A stretch of DNA of 64,000 bases from Eledone cirrhosa (taxonomy: Eukaryota). Numbering within the stretch: the stretch's first letter is position 1; the number at the start of each line of letters is the position of its first letter. Below the pieces are notes generated by a model that saw only the letters and a program-made list of their open reading frames with translations, made no database searches and was not told where the DNA came from. The translations under genes were made by a program, and so were the position numbers. Of the stretch, positions 28,350 through 41,261 are shown piece after piece. Location: contig OZ024746.1 of NCBI GenBank assembly GCA_964016885.1, positions 4,650,001-4,714,000 of the forward strand, in the 5' to 3' direction.

Positions 28350-29350
28350 ATGGACCCTCTGTTCTGATCGCCTTCTTCCAGCGCAAAGACATCCATCAAT
28401 TCACATGGAGTAAGGGGAATCGGGGACGTAGATCAATAATTGATTTTGTAATTGTCTAATCTCTTCGATTCTGTGCTGGATGTTAGTGTTAAGAGGGTGG
28501 CTGGGGTGTCAGTTGATCCCTGTTTAGTTATCTGCAACTTGAGGCTGCCTAAATCCAAAGAAGTCCACAAAACTGAGAGGTCCAGCTCTATCTATGGGAT
28601 AAAGTGGGTAGCGCCGGATACTAATGCACCCTAATCAGAGAAATCACTGAGCAAAGTGAGCTGTTAAATGCTGCTTGGTGTAGCACTGTGTAACAGGAAC
28701 ACTCCTTGGTTCAATCAAGAGGTCAAAGATGTCATCCGAGCAAAGGAGGCTTATAAAGCTTGCCTTGGAAATAAGTATTCCTTGTTCTTGCGATACATGC
28801 AGACGCGAAACGTCACTGCAGAGACACTAAAGTCGTCCAAAATTAAGACATGGGAGGACTTTGGGTTGAGCTGTAATCCGACTTCAGATCAGCAAATGAA
28901 TTGTTCTAGTAAACCATCCACCGACATTTTATAAAGAGTTCCCCCACACACACACACACAACACCTGCTATCTGGAATGCATCTGGGGTTCTCCGCCCTT
29001 CAGAGAGGTGCAGAGAATACTTTGCTGATCTCCTAAATCGGGTCACAACAGCATCTTTGGATGTATATGAGATGCATCTGGGTGTGGTGACTAATCTCTC
29101 AGAGGCTGGGGTCACAAGAGCAGTTAAAGAGCTCAAATGTGGCAAGGCCGCTGGTGAGGATGAAATTCGGCCCGAGATGTTAAAAGTCTTAAATTAAGAA
29201 TGTATTCTCTGGCTGACTTGTGTGTGCCGGGTGGCTTGGATCTCTGAAAAGGCACCTAAGCCACTTCAATCGGATGTGATAATCCCAGTTTTCAAAAATC
29301 AAAGAGGGGTACAAGAGGAATCTTCCCTGTTAAGCTTCTCCGGTAAAGTC
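28350..29350 (+). mobile_element. Degenerate RTE-like LINE ORF fragment (endonuclease-RT linker and RT start)
   Basis: TPWFNQEVKDVI and VTRAVKELKCGKAAGEDEIRPEMLK, VIIPVFK, SLLSFSGKV. Multiple frameshifts. Confidence 0.8.
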
Positions 29351-30571
29351 ACCTTAGTGTATAAGATATAATTAAGTCTATAACTGATTTCTAATTTAGC
29401 TACAAAGACAGGACATTTTCGGCAGAGTTAATTAAATCAACCCCAGTATTTGACTAATGTTTTATTTCATCGACCGTCTTGAGATTTGGACTTAGAATGG
29501 AAAGAACCAGAACAAATACTCCTCAATATATCGGACATTTTCAAAATTGAGTATTTGATTAAACATTCAGGAAAAGAAAGGACTGTAAATTCCATAAATG
29601 CGGAGAAAAGTAAGGACTACTAGACAGAGGAAGAAAGGGAGAAGGTGACAGACTCTACACCAGGGTCAGAGCGATATTTCGGCTGTGTCCAGCGGACAAA
29701 ATATCAAAGGTATTTCCGGGGACAATGGCCAGCAACACACGCTGGAATAGCCGCCCCAAAAATCAGATAAACTTCCTTTAGAATCGGGAAATTGTTCTCA
29801 GAGTCGCCTGCAGAAATCGATCCGCGCAGCTGCGGGATATGCCGGGCTTCTGCGACAACGGTTGCACCTTACCTCTACCCTCTATAATGCGACAACGACT
29901 GCACCTGACCTTACCCCCTATAATACTGTGGGATATGCCGGGCTGCTGCGACAACGACTACACCCGACCTCTACTCCCTATAATTAAGTCGATCTCTCAT
30001 AATTAAATCCATAACAACCTGACAGAGATAATACTTTAGGGAGGGCGTTCTAAATGGAATGTGGAAATAACTACTAACATAGTGACCAGACATACTTTGA
30101 TGACTCATAATGAATAAAACTACTAAGCTAGACAGTAGGATGTGGCCTTTAAATGCTCGCTCAACTTGCTGTAAATAGTAGCCAAATACCCGTCAATTTC
30201 CACCATACTTTAGATAATGTAGTTCTAGATAGACTATGTCTGAAAGAAAAAAAATGACGATATTGTCACTGCTGGAACACATTTGATCATAACTCTACTC
30301 GATCTCAGATCTGACTGTAACTAACAAGTCCTTATCCCTTTTTTTTTTTTTTTTTTTTCCAGCCACAAAGTACCTAGGATTTCATCGGCAAAAGTCAACA
30401 GAAAGTGATGTGGTAAAGATTTGACTGCTATTACGAATAAGTTGGGTTTTTTAAAGGGCAGTATGGCTGTTTTCCAGATAATGCTACAGAAGTTTAAGTC
30501 AATATTTATGCACAATGCAGCGTATATTAGAAAATCTAATTATGCCTACATTAAATATATCTTAGATTTTC

Positions 30572-30759
30572 TACAAGGAGGTACTGAAAAGTTCCTGGCT
30601 TTGGGTAAAAGAAAATACAGGAGGATCAGTTAGTTGTGATTTTATTCAACATATTCCCCTCTCAGATTCACACACTTATTGTGCAGTGGTCCGTGAAGGT
30701 AACAGCTCTACCCTTTCGTGGTACCCTTAAAACGAGGTACTTTTCAGCATCCCATCGTA
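30572..30759 (-). mobile_element. Mariner-derived MITE
   Basis: Same family as 25084 and 19808. Confidence 0.7.
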
Positions 30760-31150
30760 ATATACATTGGACATAAATAATTATTTAATTACTCATGCTG
30801 ACAATAAATGCACAATATACAAATTAGACTGATCATTTCAGTGAAATTCTAGTTTGTGTTTGATAAAGTATTTGATGATAGCTCTTGTTCTAGACAGACG
30901 AATAAGAGTCTACTGATGGATGTTCAATTAGTTGTGTAAACTGAAAATAAAACATCTTGTCTTTTTCTGTAAACAGAGAAATGGAATAGCAAAATGGTTT
31001 TCACATTTGTTTATATATTCACACCGAGGATTAAAAACTGTTGTAACTCCTACATTATATTTATCTTGTCACCGTGTTATGACGTGAGAGAGAGAAAAGA
31101 AAGAGGAGACAAATGTACTGTGTGTATATATATATATATATATATATACG

Positions 31151-31229
<79 letters not shown>

Positions 31230-31359
31230 GTGTTGTCTTTTACAAAATGAAAAATAACCGCGGTGTCCTACGCGAGTGAAAGTATAAAAAAAAAAAGATG
31301 AAATCGAAAATACAACTGGAGTCTTATTTTTTAAAAAAATATATATATTTATTTGGTTC

Positions 31360-31395
31360 CTTTACCGGTTTCGCAGTTCTTCTGCTTTTCAAAAG
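31360..31395 (-). ncRNA. Hammerhead ribozyme candidate (U3-A8 variant) in the Penelope 3' UTR
   Basis: Reverse complement: ctt-TTGAAAA-GCAG aagaa CTGC-GAAA-CCGG-TA-aag. Stem III is palindromic (ACCGGT) and the triplet is GUA. Confidence 0.7.
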
Positions 31396-31677
31396 TAGAG
31401 TTGTAGAGTTGAGATGGAGTGTCTGTGGTTTTTCTCACATCTGGTTGGTCTTTGAATGTTACTTGTTTTATATGGAAAAAAGTGGCTCGAAAAGCCAGGT
31501 TTTTAGAGAAGTAATTTGATTGGTTGGTCAATAATTATAATAAATTTCGCGCCAGTTCGCGTCGTTACAAAGTTCTTCAAACAAGGGGGGGGGTCTCAAA
31601 GTAGCAGGTGTTATGTGTGTGTGTATGTATGTGTCTGTTTGGATGGTTAGCATGTTATGGTGTTGACATAATGTATA

Positions 31678-33045
31678 TTAAACCATATTTAATGCTGGTC
31701 TATATTTTTGAATAAACATATTTTCCTTATTTATTCGTATTTGTTCTGTTGTATTGTTAGCGCAAAGGTAAAATGGGAAGACTTGGAATTTGGGTGTCTT
31801 ATTACTTGCGCATATGTCTATATGTCTATATGTGCGCTTAGTGGTATCTGTCTCGTGGTTGGATTTCGTAATTGTTGACGATGAACTGTCATTCTGTTTC
31901 TGAGTGTGAGTTTAGTTTGTCCTATATAATCTTCATTGCATCCTTTACATTTAATGGCATAAATTAGATTTTTTGATGAGCAAGTGAAGTGATTTTTTAC
32001 AGCAAAATTTTGTCCTGATTTAAATGTATACGTGTTGCCTTCAATGAGGTGAGTGCAGGTTCCACAATTAGAGCGACCACATTTTTTGACAGTTGGTTGT
32101 GGGTTTGTGGTAGGTAATTTGGCATTGGTGAGTAATGTTTTCAGTGATTCCGGTTGTCTTTTGCTTTTGATTATTTTGTGTGTTTCAAGGGCTTTTTTTC
32201 ATTCTTGGGTCTTGTTTTAGTAGTGGGATGTTCTTGTGAATAGTGTTGTAAGCGTCCGCATTTCTTGGGTTGTGTGTTGAGATATATGATAGAATATTGG
32301 ACGTACCTTGAATTTGTTTCTGTTTTCGTAATTCATCAATGCCTATTGCTTTAGCTCTTTCTATTCCATTATTTATTAGTAATGGTGGGTACTCTCTTTC
32401 GAGTAGAATTTCCTTTAATTCTTGAAGTCTTTTATTTCGCGTTTCATAATTGGAGACAATTGTGCAAATTCTTCTTGCTATGTTAAAAGGAATGTTCGTC
32501 TTCGTGTGCTTTGGATGGTTGGAGGTGAATAGCAGGTATTGTTTGGAATCTGTTGGTTTGTAGTGTATGTCAGTTTCAATATTTATGTCTTTTTTTAAGA
32601 TTAAGATGTCCAGAAATGGGAGTTGATCTTGGCTGTATTCCATTGTGAATTGGATGTGGTTATTGATGCCGTTTATTAAGTTTTTGAAATCCTTCAGTTG
32701 GTCGAGTGTGTGGGACCAAAGAATGAGACAATCATCCAAGTAGCGTTTCCAATTCTCTGATAAATATTTGTGGAAGTTCAATCCGTATTTTGATTTGAAC
32801 TGTTCATATATCTGGACTTCTAAGTATGCCATGACTAAGTTGGCATAAGTTGAAGCGGCCTTTGTACCCATCGCAGTCCCCGATATATGCTTGTAAGTAC
32901 TGCCATCGAAATAAAAAAAATTGTTCTGTAAGAGGAATTTTAATCCCTTGGTGATGAAGCTTTTTTCTATTCTGCCAGGTATCTCATTGGGATATTTCTC
33001 TAGCCAGAATCCTATTACTTCTAGTCCGTATTGGTGTGGGATCAT
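31678..33045 (-). pseudogene. Penelope RT + GIY-YIG endonuclease ORF (frameshifted)
   Basis: Motifs as above. There is a frameshift in the A-run near 32195 and probably a second from a short tandem duplication near 31815-31830. Confidence 0.88.
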
Positions 33046-33082
33046 TGTGTAGATATATCTAGATATATATATATATATATAT

Positions 33083-33763
33083 GATAATAATGGAGCTGCG
33101 GCGTTGCAAATGGGTTACATATGAAAAAGTAAGTCCTTCATCAGTGGCCTTCCAACCGTCCTAGGCATTTCATCACTTTAAAGGCCATATACCTCAGGTT
33201 GGTGCGAACAACGGCTAAAAAAAGTCGTTGGGACACGTAAATAAAGGGGACGCTGGGGTGAACAAACAAAATGGTTTAAGCAACAGAAAGTGAGAAGAAA
33301 GAGACAAGTCCCAGATTTCTATGAATATAAACTCGGTGAAATCGTGAACGAGAGACTAAAGACCATCAAACCTGGTTGAAATGTGAGCAAGGAAGGAATT
33401 TCGCACAGGTCTAACGGGAGGAAGAAGGGGTCTGGTCTGCGAATTCGGTAAACATAAGTTCTGTGAAGTCGCAGACGAGAGAGAGAGAGAAAAAAAATTC
33501 ATACCGGCTTGGCCAAGAGCGCGCGAGAAAAGAATTCGGACAGGTCAAACGGGAAGAAAGAGGAGGAGGAGAGGTGGTGACAGAGAATGAGTGAGTGAAA
33601 GTTGAGGAAGAGGCTAACAGAGAGAGAGAGACTGCTAGAAAGGGTAAAGATACAAAGAACGAAACAGACGGGTGGCAGCAGAGGAAACAATATATGTGTA
33701 AATATGATAATAATGGAGCTGCGGCGTTGCAAATGGGTTACATATGAAAAAGTAAGTCCTTCA
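33083..33763. mobile_element. ~620-bp unit bounded by ~57-bp direct repeats
   Basis: 'atgataataatggagctgcggcg...gtaagtccttca' occurs at about 33081-33139 and 33703-33763, next to the TA tract at the Penelope 5' end. Confidence 0.55.
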
Positions 33764-34890
33764 ATAATAGAAACCATTATTATTAGGGCGGTGGATTGGC
33801 AGGGGTGAGGGCGGATATGTACAACAAGATTTATTTGCCACTTTATAGTATATATTAAATACTATAATGAAATAAAATGAAAGTAAATATAAAAACAATA
33901 TATTTGTGTGTATTCTTTTATTGTTTTGTTGGCCTGAAAGTGTGTGTTTTAGTGGTTAGAGTATTGGGCTTACAATGTTAGAGATATTGTGATATCTGTG
34001 TCATATGATGTCAGAACAGATATATATATATATAGATATATAGATATATAGATATATATATATATATATATATATAGATAGATAGATATATTTACATATG
34101 TGTGTGTTTAGCATTTGTTTTGTTGTTTGTTTGTTGTTTTTGTTTTGACGTGTGTGTGTGTGCGTGTGTGTTTATGTGTGTGCTTGTGTATGTATGTGCG
34201 CGTGTGTATGTGTGTGTGCGCGTGTGTATGTGTGTGTGTGTGCGTATGTGTGTGTGTGTGTGTGTGCGTGTGTGTGTGTATGTGGGTGTGGGTGTGTATG
34301 TGGGTGTAGGTGTGTGGGTGCGCGTGTGCATGTGTGTGTGTATGTGTGTGTGCGCGTGTGTATGTGTGTGTGTGCGTGTGTGTGTATATGTGGGTGTGTG
34401 TGTGTGCGTGTATCGCCATCGAGTATGAAGTAATATATTGGAAAATAATGAGACCATTAAAATCCAATAAGAGCTATCAATAAACATATGTAAATAATTT
34501 GTTTGTGCTAAACACTAAACAGATGCTGGTAGAGAACAGCAAAATAGTTTTTTTAAAAAGGGTACCAACACGAATCCTGTCATAGAACAACAAAATGTTC
34601 CCTAAAAACAACAGATTGTGCCCTAAACGCCATCAGAGGAAGTGCGTTTAAAAGCAAAAACACAAAACGATAAATCGACTGCACAATTGTTCATTTCCAC
34701 CGGAAAAATAAAACTGAAATGTTTCAACAACTATCACCTCTAGGAACATTGATTTCTAATGAAGAAGTAATACAATATATATACCCCCCACCACCACCAC
34801 CACTCTCAAGAGCGTGAAACTAATAAACCTTTGTTTGACGGCCTCTCTGTTTTGTTCCCGTTCCATTTTTCACTATATATATATATATAT

Positions 34891-35072
34891 ATAGGAACAA
34901 GTATGACCCCGACGGTAGAGCTCAAGCCGTTTCGACGGCTATTACTGGACGTCGAAACGGCTTGAGCTCTGCCGTCGGGGTCATACTTGTTCCTATTACC
35001 CACTCTACTACCCTAAGTATTGAGTACTTTGGTGCGTTATGGTCCATTTGGTTCCTTACCACAATTCCTTCG

Positions 35073-35073
<1 letters not shown>
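34891..35073. mobile_element. TA-flanked hairpin element (47-bp arms plus unique tail)
   Basis: 34891-34937 vs 34950-34996. It has the same fold point as 23352 and lies in the opposite orientation. Confidence 0.85.
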
Positions 35074-35117
<44 letters not shown>

Positions 35118-35229
35118 TAAAAGGAATTCCAGCTTTGTCTGATTTACTCGTTTTATTTACAATCCTTTAAAATGTATAATGGTATTAGAATGAAATAGTA
35201 TGGTAGAATATTAAATGTTAAGTGTTAAT

Positions 35230-35268
35230 TGAGCAAGTACTTTCATGCTTTCGCAATCTTCAGGTTCA
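35230..35268 (-). ncRNA. Type I hammerhead ribozyme candidate
   Basis: Reverse complement: tgaac-CTGAAGA-TTGC GAAA GCAT-GAAA-GTAC-TT-gctca. Stem II is GNRA-capped and stem III is palindromic. The copy at 44528-44570 has a perfect stem I. Confidence 0.65.
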
Positions 35269-35313
35269 TATTGTGTGGTGACAGTCAAGTTTGCAATTTT
35301 CAACTGACAGTTT

Positions 35314-35352
35314 CCCTTGAGAAGCCCATCCGGGCGAAGCGTACGTAGGTGG
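35314..35352 (+). ncRNA. Hammerhead ribozyme candidate (U3-A8 variant, A15.1G)
   Basis: cc-TTGAGAA-GCCC atcc GGGC-GAAG-CGTACG-TA-gg. Stem I is weak and there is one core substitution. Confidence 0.55.
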
Positions 35353-35406
35353 TATCTTAAATAAACATGTCTTAACGGTCTGTTCTCCTCTTTCTTACTT
35401 TTCCAC

Positions 35407-35463
<57 letters not shown>

Positions 35464-35501
35464 AGGAAATTGTAGATTACTTGAAGCATTGCGTAATGAG
35501 G

Positions 35502-35711
<210 letters not shown>

Positions 35712-36064
35712 ATTACAATAGATAAAGATATAGATATACATCAAGATAGCTTCTTGTGTCAGCTTTAACAATGTAATTAGAAAAGATTATATAAACCAGT
35801 GAAAACGTTGTTTTTATTCTTACTGTCTTCAGTGATTAGTCTCTGGCAGACTGGGTCACCGACTTATAGCAAGATAGATATATATACATGGACAGATATA
35901 TAGATATATCTCCCTTCTTCTCTCTCTCTCTCATATATATATATAGAAATCAGGATGGAATCAGTTTGTAACTGGTTAGACCATTACTCAACAGGGTACT
36001 CGATACTTGGCGTATAGGACCCGACTCCCACCCGTCCGCTCAATCTATCTTATTTCTCATTATT

Positions 36065-36100
36065 TCTTCTGACGAAGGACTAGCGCCCGAAACGTTAAGA
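36065..36100 (+). ncRNA. Minimal hammerhead ribozyme candidate in TA-flanked island 35946-36197
   Basis: tctt-CTGACGA-A-GG actagcgc CC-GAAA-CG-TT-aaga, with a palindromic AACGTT stem III. Confidence 0.6.
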
Positions 36101-36196
36101 CTTTCTTCCTGCTATATCTACTATATCAAGCGTTAACCTAATGTATCCCTTCCATATACTATACTGATTGTGTTGTTATTTCTGTTTAGCTTTCAC

Positions 36197-36303
<107 letters not shown>

Positions 36304-37166
36304 GAGAGAGAGAGACCCTGCTTAGATGTTAAATACTACCTTAAACTTTTGTGCTTCTTATTGCTGATATCATCGTTGCTATTTATTGGTTTAGGGACTT
36401 GAATGTCTACCTTAAATCTGCTGGGCTGTAGTTCTTAATCTACGTTTCGTATTCAAGGAATAGGAAACCCTTCCCCTTTGTAGAGTTCTGAAGTCGTGTC
36501 TGTGTGCTGCTTTTGCAACACATTGCTTTTCCTTACAAAACTTTGTCTACTAAAGGTTGCTTCACCACTGCACATATCAATATATATAGTATTTCTATTG
36601 CCTACAATCAGGAAGTGAACTCCATGGTACATATTGTAGTTCGAAATAACGGTTGTTATTACAAAAAAATCTTACTTTTTTTTACGTAAAGTTTCTCGTA
36701 ACAGCCGAAAACAGCCGAAAATAATCTGAAGATGGAGGAGTTGTCATAAAAAAAAACAAAATGGCCCAATGAACGCAATACGCGAGTAATGCCTCGATTA
36801 ACTCCAACAATATTATTATACTACTTCAGATACGATGATAATATTGCTAGTGTGGGAATTATTCTTAGAAAAAGAACAATTGTGTAGGAATAGTTTGTTT
36901 TGTTTTTTTCATCCCATTCTGTTCTAATTTTATTCTTTTTTAGTTTATAAACCAAAGATCATTGTTTTCTATCGTCTGCTTAGTCACAGTCTAGTAAGTT
37001 AACGTCTTTAATGCTACTGGAGCGACACCTAACTTGTATTAACACATTAATATATCTCTTTGTTTTATTTATTTCCGCTTTAAAAAAAAATCACCTTTCC
37101 GTCTATCGCTCTTACAGACATATTAAGATATTAACTATGTGCATGCGTGTGTATGTATGTTTGTGG

Positions 37167-37248
<82 letters not shown>

Positions 37249-37301
37249 ACACACACATACGCACATACATACATACATACATACATACATACATACATAC
37301 A

Positions 37302-37332
<31 letters not shown>

Positions 37333-38541
37333 GTGTGTGTGTGTATGCATATATATATATGCATATATATATGTGTGTGTGTAGTATATACACGCACATG
37401 AACTTGGGTAATATAATCTTAGTTCATCTAAGCAGTATATTTAATCACCGAGAGTGCACAAACGACTCAACAGATAGTCGGTGCTATGCCTATATGTCGA
37501 TGTGAATTAAACAAACAGGAAGAATGGACATCAAATAAAGTATGGAATATTTACCCCCTAAGCTACCTCGTGGGTCATCACTGACTATTCACCAAGTCAG
37601 CAACAGTTGAACTAAAGACAGTTACTCTCTCTCACACTCACACGCCACACACTCATCCCCAGCCAGGTATATCTGAGGGTTCGCTTTTGTTTGTCTCACT
37701 CTTCCCCCTATTCACCAATCATCTATATGCCAGCACTCCAAGTAACGCTTCATCCAACGCAAATCATACCAGGGTGAATCTCAAATGCACTTATTATTTT
37801 TCTCATATTGGTAGGGAAATTAGTAGCGTGCATTACTAGCTGTGGTCTTTTTCTAATCACTACAGTTCAGGTTTGAACTTGAAACATCAATTAAGTTCCC
37901 GTTGTTACAACATTAATAATGGCGGTTTCGCTTTCTATTTGCTCCAAAAGCGAGCAACATTTGGTGGTCCTCTTTATGTTGGATGTATCTACATTTACAC
38001 CCAACACCAAGCCTTCTATTTGGTTTGTTGCCGGCTTGCTAGGTCTGTCGCGGCTTCCCTGTTGCCCTGTTGCCCCAACATGTCCGACGTTACCAGGCTC
38101 CGGCACGAGGCAGTAATGTTGAACTTTAGAGTCTCAAAGATGTATTAGATACCGAAATCTATGGAAGGCTTTCAGAATTCTAGAGGATAGGTAAATAGGT
38201 AGATGGCTAGAAAAGAGACAATGCTGTTAGTGTTCATACCAGTTTGCTGTGTTGCCCACTAACTCGTCTACAGTATTGTTATGTTTTATGTTATTGTTGT
38301 CAACATTTATCATAGTAGTTTTGTTGTTCTTTTAAACAAAGACAGACAAAACTAAGAGAAAAAGAGCTTAATGAGAAATTAAATACAGCAGCAAATCGAT
38401 TTATGTGTGAGCCATAGAAAGGGAGTGAGTTAGAGAGAAACACGTCTCTCTTACTATTATTGCTCATTTCACTCTCTCTGTCACACATAGGGAAAGAGCA
38501 ACGTCCGTTACCAACCAAAACCGCATATCATCTCTTAAAAT

Positions 38542-38572
<31 letters not shown>

Positions 38573-38725
38573 CATATACATGCATACATACAAACATAAT
38601 AGTGTACATGTAACTACCATGATAAGAAGTAAAAGAAGAAAGTCTTAGTTGCCTGTCATACAGACTGTGTACCAAAGTCAATGAAAATAGAGAACGGTAA
38701 ATCAAAGACAGATGGCACAATCACA

Positions 38726-38804
<79 letters not shown>

Positions 38805-39384
38805 AATATGTATGTATGTATGTATACTTATACAAATATATATATATATATTTACTCTTGTTTCAAAGAAATCTCCTTTGTAGAGATAAAGCCTTAATTC
38901 ATTTGTATAGATCACAAAAGCAAAACAAAAACCGTTAGTTCATCACGAGATTTCCCACCATCACTACCACTACTCCGACCACCACCACCATCACTACCAC
39001 TACTCCGACCACCACCACCATTACTACCACTACTCCGACCACCACCACCATTACTACCATAACAGTTAATACAACCAAAATAATAGATTTCTCTTGTTTT
39101 CGTATTATATGAAGAAAGGATTCGCCTTTTGATGGTCATGGCTGGAATGTCTGATCATAAGTCCGTTCGATCTAGAATGATCTTGGTTAAACAACAACAA
39201 CCAGCACCACCCCACCACCACCACCAACAACAACAGCAATACCAAAGCCATCGTGCTAACCAAGAAGTTACTGTGATCGTCGCTCGACATGTTTGAAATA
39301 ACAGGTAACTTCCCCCCAAATGACACACCTTTAAAAAGGATGGTCGCAGTAGATAATGTCGCCTTAGTTATATTATAGTTGAAA

Positions 39385-39566
39385 ATAATTGTTTCTACTT
39401 TTGGCACAAGGCCAGCAAATACCTAGTACATTACTGGTAGTTTATTTTATCGACCCCGTAAGGACGAAAGGCAAAGTTAACCTCAGCGGGATTTGAACTC
39501 AGAATGTCAAGGGCCGTAACTCTATGCGTCAAAGCATGGCGTCCGACCCTCTACCGATACTGCCAA
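39385..39566 (-). mobile_element. SINE family A
   Basis: Reverse complement of the family motifs. Confidence 0.85.
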
Positions 39567-39899
39567 TGCTAACTGTATAGAGAGGGGGGGTGCAATATGA
39601 TGCTAACCTTATAGTGAGAAATATGCTCCATTTATTTAGAAACAATAGACCAGTTGTTCGGTCTTACTCATGAGACATTCATTGTTTTGTGTCAGCGAGG
39701 GGAACACATTCGCTTGACATGATAGAAATGGCAGCCTAATCCCTTTCTAGAATATTCCAAAGGAATGAAAATGGTACACGGGTCAATGTAACTGATCATG
39801 GTTAACCTCTGTGTCAGGAGAGGAAAGTCTATAACACACTGGAAGATTATAGCGTGAGGTGTCACTGTAATGTTATTCATACAACTGGTCTAAAAACAT

Positions 39900-40112
39900 C
39901 TGACTGATAAAATGACAAGTCAGTCAATCATATTGGTGGCCTCCCCACAGCCCCGGCGGACAGAATAGAGAAGGCGTTTCCCCGGAGGTCGGCAAGGGAG
40001 ACGCGCTGGAAAAGCCATTCCATCTCGCGGGGCTCACACCTGTGGCTGGCCAGCTCAGTGCCTATGGTGGTGAGTAGGTAGGTAGCCCTACGTCGGAGGA
40101 CACCAAAATGAT
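39900..40112. mobile_element. GC-rich dispersed repeat of unknown class
   Basis: Copies at 63865-64000 (same strand), 58280-58366 and about 42990-43045 (opposite strand). Confidence 0.75.
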
Positions 40113-40118
40113 TTCTAC

Positions 40119-40190
40119 TTCCCCGGCGGGGAACCGAACTCCGGTCTCCCACGTGACAGGCAAGGATACTTACCACTATACTACCGAAGG
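40119..40190 (-). pseudogene. tRNA-Asp pseudogene
   Basis: tRNA-Asp sequence with several substitutions in the acceptor and anticodon stems, a T-stem mismatch, and T-loop GTTCGGTT (B-box A lost). Confidence 0.8.
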
Positions 40191-40721
40191 TAAGTATCGG
40201 TTTGGTTAGAATGATTCAGGGGTTTGGTTAGAATGATTCAGGAAAGAATCGCTGGACGGATTTTACGGGCAAAACCAACTGACAAGAGATAGATCAGCAA
40301 CATTTAATAAGCGGGGAGGCAGGAGGTGCAAAAAATCTGAAAAATTGATAAGCGGTGGCGGAGACGATTATTCGAAACCCGAAAGTATGCATTTAACGGT
40401 TTTCCAGCTGACAACAGCCACAGTGAACAAGATCATAGAATTTCTTTCCTATGGCTGAAAAAATAGAAACATATCTTTTATATATACTAAATACCGGTAG
40501 TGTTATATTTAAAGCCCAGTTAATAGATTGTAAAGTAAAGTTAATCATTTGTAACTGCTATAAGACTTGATGCAACGTTGCTATTATTTTGCTTCCAAAA
40601 TGAAATCTCATACGAGTCAATTACCTTTTCATTGTTGCGACCTTAAATAGTTTACTGTTACATGAAAAGACTTTGTAATAACATCTCTGCAAATGGTAAA
40701 TAGGTGTTATATTAAAAAGAA

Positions 40722-40782
<61 letters not shown>

Positions 40783-40951
40783 AACATACGGTATATTGCC
40801 AAATATACTATACATACATTCATGTATACATCGCTATTTCAGAGCACCAATCCTAATTCCTAATTTTTGCTGGAACGGCAATCGCTCTGTATAATCAGCT
40901 CCTGATTATTACTGGAATTATATAAGAATCCAGCTTGCTTCTATAATTTTA

Positions 40952-41036
40952 GGCGAAAGCAGGGGAGTACGTGGCTCTGATGAATGTCAACCAGCGTGAA
41001 ACACACACACTGTCAGCTGCTCTCCTTTCTTTCGCC
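40952..41036 (+). ncRNA. Type I hammerhead ribozyme with extended stem I
   Basis: gtggct-CTGATGA-ATG tcaaccag CGT-GAAAC-AcacacacT-GTC-agctgc. Stem I is extended through an internal loop by ggcgaaag/ctttcgcc and aggggag/ctccttt. Confidence 0.8.
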
Positions 41037-41261
41037 GAAAAGAAGTAAGTGACATAGTCACTACTTTAAAACTGATAGCGTATGGTCTTCTAAATGTTTT
41101 TAATTAAACATACGTTATTGCCAAATATACTATACAGACATTCATATATATATATATATATATGTGGATTTTCTAATCTACCAGTCTCTTCTTAGCGCTG
41201 AGGGAGACCATCACCATTCTATTAATGTCGATATAATTCTCATATCGATATTATTTGGGTA

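Larger units (their letters stand above)
31224..33050 (-). mobile_element. Penelope-like element, Neptune-type, 5'-truncated, flanked by (TA)n
   Basis: RT ORF 32185-33045 (GTAMGT, RYLDD, LPFLD, YKPTD). After a frameshift come a Cys-rich linker (CGRSNCGTC) and GIY-YIG endonuclease (NLIYAIKCKGCNEDYIGQT..LRNRM..H), with a stop at about 31678. The 3' UTR runs to the TA tract. Confidence 0.93.

Noticed and set aside
37890-38110. Possible RNase H remnant (GHVG..G...D) on the minus strand
   Set aside because: Needs frameshifts and is too degenerate to call without a search.
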